Below are positions 38,926-48,678 of a DNA stretch of 64,000 nt, piece by piece (position 1 is the stretch's first letter; every line of letters starts with the position of its first letter). A program made the translations under genes and the position numbers. Source of the DNA: Actinomycetes bacterium. Its GTDB lineage: Bacteria; Actinomycetota; Actinomycetes; JAHEKZ01. Location: NCBI GenBank assembly GCA_024644345.1, contig JAHELE010000004.1, positions 9,523 to 73,522 on the forward strand, written 5' to 3'. The notes beneath the pieces were generated by a model. It did no database searches. It had not been told where the DNA came from and saw nothing but the letters and a program-made list of their open reading frames with translations.

Positions 38926-39650
38926 GCGCGCTCGCCAGGCGCTGGGTGCGCAGCCCCTGGGCGTGGGCGGCGCTGGCCGTGCTTCTCACCGCCGGCCTGG
39001 TGGCCACGCTGCGTTTCGCCCCGATCTTCCGGGTCGAGCACGTCGATGTCGTCGGCAACAGCCAGGTCTCATCCGATGAGGTGATGTCGGCAGCGCAGGT
39101 CTCCGACACCGCCGCCCTTCTTGCCCTGCCGGTTGACGAGATCGAGTCACGCGTGGAGTCCTTGGACGCGGTCGCCTCGGCCCGTGTGATCCGCGACTGG
39201 CCGAATCGTGTACGGATCGTTGTGCGTGAGCGTCGACCGGTGGGCTACGTCAGGTCCACGAGTTCGGTTCTGATCGTTGGCTCCGACGGTTCGCTGTACC
39301 GGGAAGAGTCCAAGGCGCCACGCAATGTTCCCGAGATCGGCGCTGAAGGGACAACCTCGCTCGGCCTGGGTGATGACTATCTCGACGCTGCGACCGACAC
39401 CCAACAAGCGATGTTCGATGTGGCGTCGGCGTTGCCCGGGAAGCTGCTGCATGCGGTGACCAAGGTGACAGCGACCGGGTCGCTCACAGTTCAGCTGACC
39501 TTCGCCAACGGTGTGGTCGTGGAGTGGGGATCGTCTGGTGCGGCGTCGCAGAAGGCGGCGGTGGTCGGGGCCCTGCGTGGTCGCGATGGCTGGGGTACGA
39601 GGTTCACCGTCGTCGACGTGAGTGCTCCTGAAGCACCGGCCTGGCGATGA
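38922..39650 (+). CDS. ftsQ: Cell division protein FtsQ
   Basis: TM, POTRA-like region (V.R.WP...I.V.ER) and C-terminal DVSAP. Confidence 0.85.
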   Translation: MSALARRWVRSPWAWAALAVLLTAGLVATLRFAPIFRVEHVDVVGNSQVSSDEVMSAAQVSDTAALLALPVDEIESRVESLDAVASARVIRDWPNRVRIVVRERRPVGYVRSTSSVLIVGSDGSLYREESKAPRNVPEIGAEGTTSLGLGDDYLDAATDTQQAMFDVASALPGKLLHAVTKVTATGSLTVQLTFANGVVVEWGSSGAASQKAAVVGALRGRDGWGTRFTVVDVSAPEAPAWR

Positions 39651-39832
39651 GCGGTCGGCGAGTGCGTGCACGACACGATCAGTGATGCGACACGCCGCCT
39701 AGTTGACGATCCTGACGCACCTCCCGTACGTTGCTCGCGTCCCTGAAGTTGACATAACGTTAGATGTCTACTAAAGGGTGAGACTTGCCCCACTCGATGG
39801 GTGGGCGCTACGAGAGAGGCATCACAAGGACC

Positions 39833-41014
39833 ATGGCAGCTCCGCAGAACTACCTCGCCGTCATCAAGGTCGTGGGTATCGGCGGTGGTGGTGTCAATGC
39901 CATCAACCGGATGATCGAAGTCGGGCTCAAAGGTGTGGAGTTCATCGCCATCAACACCGACGCGCAGGCCCTGCTGATGAGTGATGCCGACGTCAAGCTC
40001 GACATCGGACGAGAGCTCACCCGAGGCCTCGGTGCAGGCGCTGACCCCGAGGTGGGTCGTCGGGCCGCAGAAGACCACCGCAGCGAGATCGAAGAGGTCC
40101 TCAAGGGCGCTGACATGGTGTTCGTCACGGCCGGTGAAGGTGGTGGCACCGGCACCGGGGGAGCTCCGGTCGTGGCAGAGGTGGCTCGTGCCATCGGTGC
40201 CCTGACCATCGGTGTGGTCACCCGTCCCTTCGGCTTCGAAGGCAGGCGTCGTGCGGTGCAGGCAGACACCGGCATCGACGAGCTTCGCTCGGAGGTCGAC
40301 ACTCTCATCGTCATCCCGAACGACCGGCTGCTGTCGATCAGCGACCGGGCCGTCAGCGTGCTCGACGCGTTCAAGTCGGCCGACCACGTCCTGATGTCTG
40401 GAGTACAGGGAATCACCGACCTCATCACGACACCGGGTCTGATCAATCTCGACTTCGCCGACGTCAAGTCGGTCATGCAGGGCGCCGGCACCGCTCTGAT
40501 GGGTATCGGCAACGCTCGCGGAGACGACCGTGCGATCGCAGCGGCCGAGACGGCCATCTCCAGCCCATTGCTCGAGGCATCGATCGACGGTGCTCGCGGC
40601 GTCTTGCTCTCGGTCTCCGGGGGCTCAGACCTCGGGTTGTTCGAGATCAATGAGGCAGCCCGGATGGTCGCCGAGTCTGCCCACCCCGAGGCCAACATCA
40701 TCTTCGGGGCCGTCATCGACGATGCACTCGGCGACGAGGTGCGCGTCACGGTCATCGCTGCCGGCTTTGATGGCGGGCAGCCGGGCAAGGCCCACGTGGC
40801 AACGCGCCAGGTCGACGAGGTCCCGGTGTCGGACGCTCTTGGTCGGGCATCGGCGAACGACGGAGCGGCTGAGCAGGGTGCGGCCACCGAAGAGCCGGAG
40901 TCGACCGAAGGCAACGACCAGTACATCGAGCTGCCCGAGCGCAAGGCGCCGCGGACGATCGTCTTCGACGACTCCACGAGCGACGACCTGGATGTCCCCG
41001 ACTTCTTGAAGTAG
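39833..41014 (+). CDS. ftsZ: Cell division protein FtsZ
   Basis: GGGTGTG, NLDFAD and C-terminal [10 protein letters not shown]. Confidence 0.99.
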   Translation: MAAPQNYLAVIKVVGIGGGGVNAINRMIEVGLKGVEFIAINTDAQALLMSDADVKLDIGRELTRGLGAGADPEVGRRAAEDHRSEIEEVLKGADMVFVTAGEGGGTGTGGAPVVAEVARAIGALTIGVVTRPFGFEGRRRAVQADTGIDELRSEVDTLIVIPNDRLLSISDRAVSVLDAFKSADHVLMSGVQGITDLITTPGLINLDFADVKSVMQGAGTALMGIGNARGDDRAIAAAETAISSPLLEASIDGARGVLLSVSGGSDLGLFEINEAARMVAESAHPEANIIFGAVIDDALGDEVRVTVIAAGFDGGQPGKAHVATRQVDEVPVSDALGRASANDGAAEQGAATEEPESTEGNDQYIELPERKAPRTIVFDDSTSDDLDVPDFLK

Positions 41015-41016
41015 TC

Positions 41017-41727
41017 GTGGTCACCGACTCGCGACGTGGCGAGATCGCCGCGGGGCTCGAGGCGGCAAGGGTCCGCGTCGCCGAAGCTGAGCGAGCCGCT
41101 GGTCGTGCGGTCGGATCAGTTGAACTGGTGGTGGTCACCAAGACGTTCCCGGCCGACGAGGTGGCGGTGCTCGCGGACCTGGGCGTGACTCACGTCGGTG
41201 AGAACCGTGACCAGGAGGCAGCCCCCAAGGCGCAGGCGCTTCGGGGTCTGGGCTTGGTCTGGCACTTCATCGGCCAGCTGCAGACCAACAAAGTGCGTTC
41301 GGTGGTCGACTACGCCGACGTCGTCGAGTCGGTTGATCGGATCAAGCTCGTTCGGGCCCTCAGCCGGGCGGCCTCCGCAGTGCGTCCGGTCGGAGCCCCC
41401 TTGACCTGCCTGGTGCAGGTATGCCTGGACGACCAGCCCGGCCGAGGCGGTGCCGCCCCCGAGCAGGTGGCTGACATCGCCAGCGAGATCGTCGCCAGTC
41501 CGAACCTGGCTCTGGGCGGTCTGATGGCCGTTGCCCCCCTGCACGAAGACCCAAACCGGGCGTTCGGCCGGCTCGCCGAGCTGGCGCGGGCCACGGTGGC
41601 CGACCATCCGAGCGCCCGAACCGTGTCGGCGGGGATGAGCGGCGACCTCGAGGCCGCCGTGCGCCACGGCGCGACACAAGTGCGACTTGGTAGCGCGGTA
41701 CTCGGGTACCGGCCCCCCGTCGGGTAG
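41017..41727 (+). CDS. yggS: PLP homeostasis protein YggS/YlmE
   Basis: VTKT, GENRDQE, WHFIGQLQTNK and SAGMSGD motifs. Confidence 0.93.
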   Translation: MVTDSRRGEIAAGLEAARVRVAEAERAAGRAVGSVELVVVTKTFPADEVAVLADLGVTHVGENRDQEAAPKAQALRGLGLVWHFIGQLQTNKVRSVVDYADVVESVDRIKLVRALSRAASAVRPVGAPLTCLVQVCLDDQPGRGGAAPEQVADIASEIVASPNLALGGLMAVAPLHEDPNRAFGRLAELARATVADHPSARTVSAGMSGDLEAAVRHGATQVRLGSAVLGYRPPVG

Positions 41728-41790
41728 CGTTTGCCCGACGGCTCGAGCTCCTACAGGCGACCGCACCACCACAGACGAAAGGGTCAGGCG

Positions 41791-42261
41791 ATGGCCGGCG
41801 CGATGCGCAAGATGGCGGTCTATCTCGGACTGGTCGAGAACGAGGACCAGTACGACGAGTACGACAGCTATGACCGTGACCACGAGGACCGAACCCGCCA
41901 GCTGCGTGCTGTTCGGGACGACGAGCCTGCTCCGAGCCGGCCCATGACCCCGTCGCCACGCGCGGCTGCTCCCGGGGCGTCCCCCTCCCGGATCACGACT
42001 CTGCACCCCCGCACCTACAACGACGCCAGGGCGATCGGCGAGCAGTTCCGCGACGGCACCCCTGTCATCATGAACCTGACCGAGATGGACGACGGCGACG
42101 CCAAGAGAATCGTCGACTTCTCCGCCGGTCTGGTCTTCGGGCTGCACGGGACCATCGAGCGAGTGACCCAGAAGGTCTTCCTGCTCTCACCCGCCAACGT
42201 GGTGGTGACCGCCGAAGAGAAGGAGCAGCTGGCTCAAGGCGGATTCTTCAACCAGAGCTAG
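41791..42261 (+). CDS. sepF: Cell division protein SepF
   Basis: [10 protein letters not shown] amphipathic helix; [11 protein letters not shown] and VFLLSP. Confidence 0.95.
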   Translation: MAGAMRKMAVYLGLVENEDQYDEYDSYDRDHEDRTRQLRAVRDDEPAPSRPMTPSPRAAAPGASPSRITTLHPRTYNDARAIGEQFRDGTPVIMNLTEMDDGDAKRIVDFSAGLVFGLHGTIERVTQKVFLLSPANVVVTAEEKEQLAQGGFFNQS

Positions 42262-42277
42262 TTGACCGTCTCTCGCC

Positions 42278-42577
42278 ATGTCCATCGTCTTCGAGCTGGT
42301 CCTCCTTGTTCTGTGGCTCTTCCTGCTGACCCTGATCGCCCGCGTGGTGATCGACCTGCTGCAGATCTTCGCCCGTGACTTCCGACCAGGTGGTCTGGTT
42401 CTCGTGCTCTTCGAGGTGGTCTTCACGATCACCGATCCACCGCTGAAGGCGCTGCGTCGTTTCATCCCACCGGTACGTATCGGAGCGGTCGCCTTCGACC
42501 TCGCCATCCTCGTTCTCTTCATCGGGACCCAGGTGCTAATCGCCGTGGTGAGCGGGTTGGCCACCCGAACTGGATAA
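42278..42577 (+). CDS. yggT: YggT/SepG membrane protein
   Basis: TDPPLKALRRFIPP...FDL motif. Confidence 0.9.
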   Translation: MSIVFELVLLVLWLFLLTLIARVVIDLLQIFARDFRPGGLVLVLFEVVFTITDPPLKALRRFIPPVRIGAVAFDLAILVLFIGTQVLIAVVSGLATRTG

Positions 42578-42667
42578 CTCACCTGGCTGCCAGGCGCGGT
42601 GCGAAGTAGTGCCTGTGACGGGAGGGGCGCTAGTGTTCTGTGTGACCTGAACGTTTGAGGAGAACTA

Positions 42668-43540
42668 ATGCCGCTGACTGCCGAAGACGTCCAGAACGTC
42701 CTCTTCCAGACATCGAAGAAGCGCAACGCTGGATATGACGAGGACGAGGTCGATGCTTTCCTCGACCAGGTGGCGGCAGAGCTCAGTCGGCTGACTGCCG
42801 AGAACGACTCGCTGCGTGCTCAGCTGGCCACCCGGCCGCCGGCCGGTGCCACGCCGGCTCCGGTTGCGGCAGCTCCGGTTGCGGCAGCGCCGGTTGTGGC
42901 AGCTCCGGTTGCACCGTCGTCGGGGGCCGAGCAGGCGGCGCGCGTCCTGGCGGCGGCCGAACGGACCGCCGACGACGTCGTGGCCTCGGCCCGATCGGAG
43001 GCCGACACCATGCTGGCCACCGCACGCAGCAAGGTGGAGAACGCCGAACGGGACGCTGCGGCCAAACACCAGGCCGCGATGGCCTCGCTGGTCGGCGAAC
43101 GATCGGCGCTGGAAAAGCAGGTCGACGAGCTTCGATCCTTCGAACGTGAGTACCGGACCCGCTTGAAGTCCTACCTCGAACAGCAGCTTCGCGAACTCAG
43201 CGCCCGCAGCGAGGGGTCGGGTCCCTCGCCGTCGGCCGCACCCGCCTCACCGCCACCAAGGCCGGCCGCTAGCGCAGTGCCTCCGACTCCGGCCCAGCCA
43301 GCGCAAGCCCAGCCAGCGCAAGCCCAGCCAGCGCAGGCCCAGCCGGCCCAGGCCCAGCCGGCCCAGGCACCTCCGGCCCAGCCAGCGCAGGCCCAGCCGG
43401 CACAAGCACCTCCGGCCCAGCCGCGTCAGGCTCCCGCTCCTCAGCAGGCGCCACCTCAGCAGGCGCCAGCACGTCCGGCTCAGGCATCCCCACCGAGCTC
43501 GCCCCCGAGCTCGCCTCCGAGCTCGCCCCCGCGTCCCTAG
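42668..43540 (+). CDS. divIVA: DivIVA/Wag31 with Pro/Gln/Ala-repeat tail
   Basis: MPLT.EDV...GYDEDEVDAFLD and LR.FEREYRTRLKSYLE motifs. Confidence 0.93.
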   Translation: MPLTAEDVQNVLFQTSKKRNAGYDEDEVDAFLDQVAAELSRLTAENDSLRAQLATRPPAGATPAPVAAAPVAAAPVVAAPVAPSSGAEQAARVLAAAERTADDVVASARSEADTMLATARSKVENAERDAAAKHQAAMASLVGERSALEKQVDELRSFEREYRTRLKSYLEQQLRELSARSEGSGPSPSAAPASPPPRPAASAVPPTPAQPAQAQPAQAQPAQAQPAQAQPAQAPPAQPAQAQPAQAPPAQPRQAPAPQQAPPQQAPARPAQASPPSSPPSSPPSSPPRP

Positions 43541-43552
43541 GGCAGCTTCTCG

Positions 43553-43600
43553 TCAACAGACCGCGACCCCGGCCGATCGGCCGGGGTCGCGGTCTGTTGA
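43553..43600. terminator. Perfect 48-bp palindrome, probable bidirectional terminator
   Basis: TCAACAGACCGCGACCCCGGCCGA|TCGGCCGGGGTCGCGGTCTGTTGA between convergent genes. Confidence 0.8.
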
Positions 43601-43622
43601 TCTGTAGGCGGTGCGCCGACGG

Positions 43623-44093
43623 TCAGATGCGACGACGGAAGGGGTCACGCGGGGGTGGCGCCGGCATCGAGATCCGGGCACCGTCGATGGGGATCCCGGT
43701 CAGTCCGAGCACCTTGGTGAGCACCGAAAGCGTGGTTTCGCCGCTGGCGATCCCGTTCTCGGTCACCATGGCTCGGTAGATTGTCACGTAGTGCTTCACG
43801 GGTGTGTCGTAGGTCCAGTCGACCGAACCGAGGTGAACCGACTCACCGGGACCCTGCTCAGGGCTTAGCCACGGGCGGTCCCACACCTGAATTCCCGTCG
43901 GGCTGACGCAGAATATGCCGCCCATGGTGATGTCGTGCTGCTTGGCGGTCTCGATCAGCTGGCGGCTCTCACGCTCGGCCAGGACGAGTGCGGGACGAAC
44001 GTTGCTGGCGAGCGCAGGGACAGCTACGGCGTTGGCCTTCAACCGGACCTGCGGAATTGTGCTGGGGGTCGAGGCGGCGATTGGTTGCACCAT
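43623..44093 (-). CDS. Hypothetical protein
   Basis: Globular-looking 156-aa ORF with SD GGAGG upstream of the ATG; no family recognised. Confidence 0.7.
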   Translation of the reverse strand: MVQPIAASTPSTIPQVRLKANAVAVPALASNVRPALVLAERESRQLIETAKQHDITMGGIFCVSPTGIQVWDRPWLSPEQGPGESVHLGSVDWTYDTPVKHYVTIYRAMVTENGIASGETTLSVLTKVLGLTGIPIDGARISMPAPPPRDPFRRRI

Positions 44094-44257
44094 GGCATCC
44101 TCCGTGTGCGGCCGTCCGCGGTGCCGCGGGTGCGACATCCGTTGATTGGGTATCGGCTCGTTGCCCCCCAGGGTTGGTTACTCCATTCGGGTGATTTGCG
44201 TAACGCCGCCCCGACGGACGATCAAGACGCACCAGTTTCGACCGAGTCGCCTGGGTC

Positions 44258-47200
44258 TCACGCCCGAGCAAGGGTGAAGACCAGACCCGAGTCGTCATGG
44301 AAGGGTGCGGGCGACGTCTGGTCGGCGTCGAGCCCTTCGGTGAACGTCGTGGCGAGCACCTCGGCCGCGATCACGTCGCTGTGCTCGACGATGGCCTCTC
44401 TGAGCTCGTCGAGGGCCGACCAGTGCACCTCGATGCGATCGGAGACGTCGAACCCGGAGGTCTTCCTGGCCTCCTGCACCTGGCGGACGACATCGCGCGC
44501 CAGTCCCAGGCGGCGCAAGTGAGGGGTCAAGGTCAGATCAAGGGCGATGCTCTCGCCGGCGTCGTGGTGCACCGCCCATCCCTCCCTCGGGGTTTCCGTC
44601 AGCACCACCTCGTCGGGTTCGATGATCACCGGGTCGCCGTCGACGACTACCTCCGCCCGTCCGGTCAGGGACAGGGCCGCCTGCAGTGCGTGTGGATCAG
44701 CTGAGGCAACGGCTGCCGCGACGGCCGGCGTCTGTTTGCCAAACCGTTTGCCGAGTGCCCGGTAGTTGGCCTTGGCCGTCACTGAGACCAGCTCGTCCTC
44801 GGCAGCGCCGAGAGGCTCGATCTGGAGCACATTCAGCTCGGCCGACAGCTCGGCGGCAAGCGTGGGATCGACGCGATCCCAGTTAGGTGCCGACACCAGC
44901 GCGCGTCCGAGCGGTTGGCGGGTCTTGACCCCGGATGTCGCGCGCGCCGCACGCCCGAGCTCGACCAGGCGCTTGACCTGACTCATCTGGTCGGTGAGCG
45001 CAGCGTCGACCTGGGTCTGGTCGTAGGTCGGCCAGTCCGCCAGGTGGACAGAGTCGGGGGCACCCTCGGCAGTCGGTCGGACGAGGTCCTGCCACACCCG
45101 TTCGGTGATGAACGGAGTCAGGGGAGCCATGACCAGCGTGAGGGCGGTCAGGGCCTCGTGCAGTGTCGTGAGCGCGGAGTCGTCCCCGTCCCAGAAACGG
45201 CGCCGTGAACGTCGCACGTACCAGTTGGACAGCTCGTCGACGAAGGTGGAGATCTGCGCTCCCGCGCCGGCCGCGTCGTATCCGTCCAACGCGTCGTCGA
45301 CCGACCTGATCAGTTGGTGGGTTCGCGAGCTGAGCCAGCGGTCCATGGCCGGACGGTCCGCGACGGCGAGAGGTGTTGGCGACGGAGTCCAGCCGGCTAG
45401 ACGTGCGTACAGCGCCTGGAAGGACACCGTGTTCCAGTAGGTGAGCAGTGTCTTGCGGACGACCTCTTGGATGGACTCGTGGCTGACCCGCCGGGCCGAC
45501 CACGGCGAGCCGCTGGCCAGCATGAACCAGCGGACGGCGTCGGCACCGTGCTGCTCCATCAGGGGCATGGGGGCGAGCACGTTGCCCAGGTGCTTGCTCA
45601 TCTTGCGACCGTCCTTGTCGAGGATGTGACCGAGGCACAGGACGGTTCGGTAGGACGACTGGTCGAAGACGAGAGTTCCCACCGTCATCAGGGTGTAGAA
45701 CCACCCACGGGTCTGGTCGATTGCCTCGCAGATGTAGTCGGCCGGGTACTGGGCCCGAAAGTCTTCCTCGGTCTGGATGTGGGGGTAGCCCCACTGTGCG
45801 AAGGGCATGCAGCCGGAGTCGAACCAGCCGTCGATCACCTCGGGCACCCGATGTGCGGTTTCGCCGCAGTCGGGGCAGGGCAGCGAGACCTCGTCGACGA
45901 ATGGCCGGTGGGGATCCATGTCGTGCACCGGCTCACCGGCAAGCTCGGCGAGCTCGGCTCGTGATCCGACCACGGTCAGGTGGTCAGACGGGCAGCGCCA
46001 GATCGGAAGTGGAGTACCCCAGTACCGGCTGCGGGAAAGCGCCCAGTCGATGTTGTTCTCGAGCCAGTCACCGTAGCGGCCGTGCTTGATCGACTCAGGG
46101 TGCCACGTGGTCGCCTCGTTCTGCGCGATCAGCTGGTCCTTGATCGCGGTCGTTCGGATGTACCAGGAGGGCTGTGCGTAGTACATGAGCGGCGTGTGGC
46201 ACCGCCAGCAGTGCGGATAGGTGTGCTCGTACGGCAGGTGGGCGAAGAGCAGACCGCGATCGTCCAGGTCGGCGACCAACGACTCGTCCGCCTTCTTGAA
46301 GAAGACGCCGCCGACCAGTCCGACGTCGGGCCCGAAATGGCCGTTGGCCAGCACCGGGTTGACGACCGGGAGACCGTTTGCCCTTCCGACCGCGAGGTCG
46401 TCGGGTCCGAACGCCGGCGCCAGGTGCACCAAGCCTGTTCCATCGGTGACGGTGACGTAGTCAGCGGGCAGGACCGTGTGAATCGGACCGTCGTCAGGGA
46501 TCGGCGTCAGGTCGAACGGGGCCTGGTAGCTGGTTCCGACCAGATCGGCCCCAGAGAGCCGGCTCACCACGGTCGCGGCATCGCCCAGCGCGGAGGCAAG
46601 CAGGGGTTCGGCGACGACGAGCAGCTCGCCGTCCGAGGTTCGGGCGAGCACGTAGTCGACGTCCGGGTGAACAGCCACCGCAGTGTTGGACACCAGGGTC
46701 CAGGGCGTCGTGGTCCACACCAGCAGGGAGGCGTCCCGGTCGGCCAGAGGTCCACCCGTCACCGGCAGACGCACGTAGACCGACGGGTCGACCACTGTCT
46801 CGTACCCCTGCGCGAGCTCGTGGTCGGAGAGCCCGGTCCCGCAGCGTGGGCAGTAGGGCGCGACCCGGTGGTCCTGAACCAGCAGGCCCTTCCCGTGGAT
46901 CTGCTTGAGTGCCCACCAAAGACTGTCGACATAGCCCGGGTCCATCGTCCAGTAGGCCCGGTCGGTGTCGACCCAGTAACCCATCCGTTCGGTCATCTGC
47001 TCGAACTCGTCGACGTGGCGTAGCACCGACTCGCGGCACTTGGCGTTGAACTCGGCCACGCCGAACGTCTCGATGTCCTGCTTGCCCGAGAAGCCGAGTT
47101 CCTTCTCGACGGCGATCTCAACGGGGAGACCGTGGCAGTCCCAGCCCGCCTTGCGCGGCACCTGGAAGCCCTTCATCGTGCGATACCGGGGGAAGACGTC

Positions 47201-47395
47201 CTTGAAGACGCGAGCTTCGATGTGGTGTGTGCCGGGGGTGCCGTTCGCGGTCGGAGGACCCTCGTAGAACACCCAGAGTGGAGCGTCGGCCCGTTGCTCG
47301 AGGCTCCGGTGGAAGGTGTCCTGCTCCTGCCACAGCGCGAGCACGTCGTGCTCGAGCGCTGGCAGGTCGACCTGCGGTGGGACCTCGCGGTACAT
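44258..47395 (-). CDS. ileS: Isoleucine--tRNA ligase (type 2)
   Basis: EGPPTANG, GWDCHGLP, WTTTPWT, SRSRYWG, DQTRGWF and KMSKH motifs. Confidence 0.97.
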   Translation of the reverse strand: MYREVPPQVDLPALEHDVLALWQEQDTFHRSLEQRADAPLWVFYEGPPTANGTPGTHHIEARVFKDVFPRYRTMKGFQVPRKAGWDCHGLPVEIAVEKELGFSGKQDIETFGVAEFNAKCRESVLRHVDEFEQMTERMGYWVDTDRAYWTMDPGYVDSLWWALKQIHGKGLLVQDHRVAPYCPRCGTGLSDHELAQGYETVVDPSVYVRLPVTGGPLADRDASLLVWTTTPWTLVSNTAVAVHPDVDYVLARTSDGELLVVAEPLLASALGDAATVVSRLSGADLVGTSYQAPFDLTPIPDDGPIHTVLPADYVTVTDGTGLVHLAPAFGPDDLAVGRANGLPVVNPVLANGHFGPDVGLVGGVFFKKADESLVADLDDRGLLFAHLPYEHTYPHCWRCHTPLMYYAQPSWYIRTTAIKDQLIAQNEATTWHPESIKHGRYGDWLENNIDWALSRSRYWGTPLPIWRCPSDHLTVVGSRAELAELAGEPVHDMDPHRPFVDEVSLPCPDCGETAHRVPEVIDGWFDSGCMPFAQWGYPHIQTEEDFRAQYPADYICEAIDQTRGWFYTLMTVGTLVFDQSSYRTVLCLGHILDKDGRKMSKHLGNVLAPMPLMEQHGADAVRWFMLASGSPWSARRVSHESIQEVVRKTLLTYWNTVSFQALYARLAGWTPSPTPLAVADRPAMDRWLSSRTHQLIRSVDDALDGYDAAGAGAQISTFVDELSNWYVRRSRRRFWDGDDSALTTLHEALTALTLVMAPLTPFITERVWQDLVRPTAEGAPDSVHLADWPTYDQTQVDAALTDQMSQVKRLVELGRAARATSGVKTRQPLGRALVSAPNWDRVDPTLAAELSAELNVLQIEPLGAAEDELVSVTAKANYRALGKRFGKQTPAVAAAVASADPHALQAALSLTGRAEVVVDGDPVIIEPDEVVLTETPREGWAVHHDAGESIALDLTLTPHLRRLGLARDVVRQVQEARKTSGFDVSDRIEVHWSALDELREAIVEHSDVIAAEVLATTFTEGLDADQTSPAPFHDDSGLVFTLARA

Positions 47396-47399
47396 CTGA

Positions 47400-47625
47400 C
47401 CTCCGTCGGGCTGGCGCGTCCGATCAGAGGGACGAGGCTGCTCACGCTAACCCCGCGGTACCACCCTCTTTGGCGGGCGTCCGGAGAACGCCTACCCGCT
47501 CACGGTCGCTGCAGCCGGGTCTACCTGGCACACCGGGTGTGGTGAGCCGCTCTTCCGGCAGCTCGGGGGTGATGTTCGCCACGCCGGCCCTCCGGGCTCC
47601 CACCATCCCCGGATCGCTTGTGGGC
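47400..47625 (-). ncRNA. T-box riboswitch (Ile, translational class)
   Basis: Minus strand AAAGAGGGTGGTACCGCG T-box (47454-47471); specifier ATC at 47571-47573; CGTCCCTCT sequestrator arm before the SD. Confidence 0.9.
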
Positions 47626-47793
47626 CTGTTCAGCGCGGGTACTCGTCCCGTCGACGCCGTGCAGTCGCCGGAAGTCTAACCGCTCCTTCCTTGGGTATTC
47701 GGAGGTGAGGGCGGCGTGGCGGTTTGGACCTGCTGCGTCCCAGCGCCTATTCTCTCGCGGACTCCCCGCGCAGTCGGTCTCTAGGAGGTCCGC

Positions 47794-48678
47794 ATGGCGC
47801 AGCGCCCCAAGAGTGGGGGAACGACCCGGTCTCGGGCTGCTTCGGCACGCTCCGGATCGGCGAAGAAGGCGGCGGTGAAGAAGGCGCCGGCCAAGAAGGC
47901 TGCGGTGAAGAAGACAGCGAAAGCGCCGGCCAAGAAGGCGCCCGCCAAGAAGGCGCCCGCCAAGAAAGCTGCGGTGAAGAAGACAGCGAAAGCGCCGGCC
48001 AAGAAAGCTCCCGCCAAGAAAGCTGCGGTGAAGAAGTCCGCGGCGAAGGCGCCGGCCAAGAAGAGCGCACCGAAGGCGCCCGTCAAGAAGGCTGCGACCA
48101 GGGCGCCGGCCAAGAAAGCTCCCGCCAAGAAAGCTCCCGCCAAGAAAGCTGCGGTGAAGAAGTCCGCGGCGAAGGCGCCGGCCAAGAAGAGCGCACCGAA
48201 GGCGCCCGTCGAGAAAGCCCTGGCCCCCGCGCAGCCGACCGCCGCGCCGGCGCGGCCGCCCGTCCCGTTGAAGAAGGCCGCGACCCGGCCCAAGAAGTCG
48301 GCTCGGGGTCGCAAACCGCTCACTCCGGTCGAGCGCAAAGAGATGCGTGGCGTGCTGAGGGCCGAGCGCACGCGGCTGAAGGCCGAGATCTCCGCAGCCG
48401 TGGACGACCTCAACGAGCTGCTCCGCGACTCCGGAGACGGTTCGGGCGACGACCAGGCGGATGCCGGAAGCAAGACGTTCGAGCGTGAGCACGAGATGTC
48501 CGTCGCTAACAACTCACGAGATCTGCTCGAGCAGGTCGAGCACGCTCTCAAGCGGATCTCGGACGGCACCTACGGCACCTGCGAGAGCTGCGGGTTGCCG
48601 ATCGGGAAGATGCGGCTCGAAGCCTTCCCACGCGCCACCCTGTGCGTCGACTGCAAGCAGCGAGAGGAACGACGCTGA
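47794..48678 (+). CDS. DksA/TraR C4 zinc-finger protein with histone H1-like N-terminal repeats
   Basis: DQAD coiled-coil tip, [10 protein letters not shown]...RL.A.P.A.LCVDCK; N-terminal AKKA/PAKK repeats. Confidence 0.9.
   Translation: MAQRPKSGGTTRSRAASARSGSAKKAAVKKAPAKKAAVKKTAKAPAKKAPAKKAPAKKAAVKKTAKAPAKKAPAKKAAVKKSAAKAPAKKSAPKAPVKKAATRAPAKKAPAKKAPAKKAAVKKSAAKAPAKKSAPKAPVEKALAPAQPTAAPARPPVPLKKAATRPKKSARGRKPLTPVERKEMRGVLRAERTRLKAEISAAVDDLNELLRDSGDGSGDDQADAGSKTFEREHEMSVANNSRDLLEQVEHALKRISDGTYGTCESCGLPIGKMRLEAFPRATLCVDCKQREERR
47998..48210 (+). repeat. 87-bp exact direct repeat within the PAKK region (47998-48084, 48124-48210)
   Basis: Read directly. Confidence 0.85.

Noticed and set aside
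39850..40977. Long antisense ORFs (also 3470-4429, 18699-19793, 28343-29539, 45980-47023, 47781-48569)
   Set aside because: Expected shadows of high-GC coding strands; no recognisable motifs
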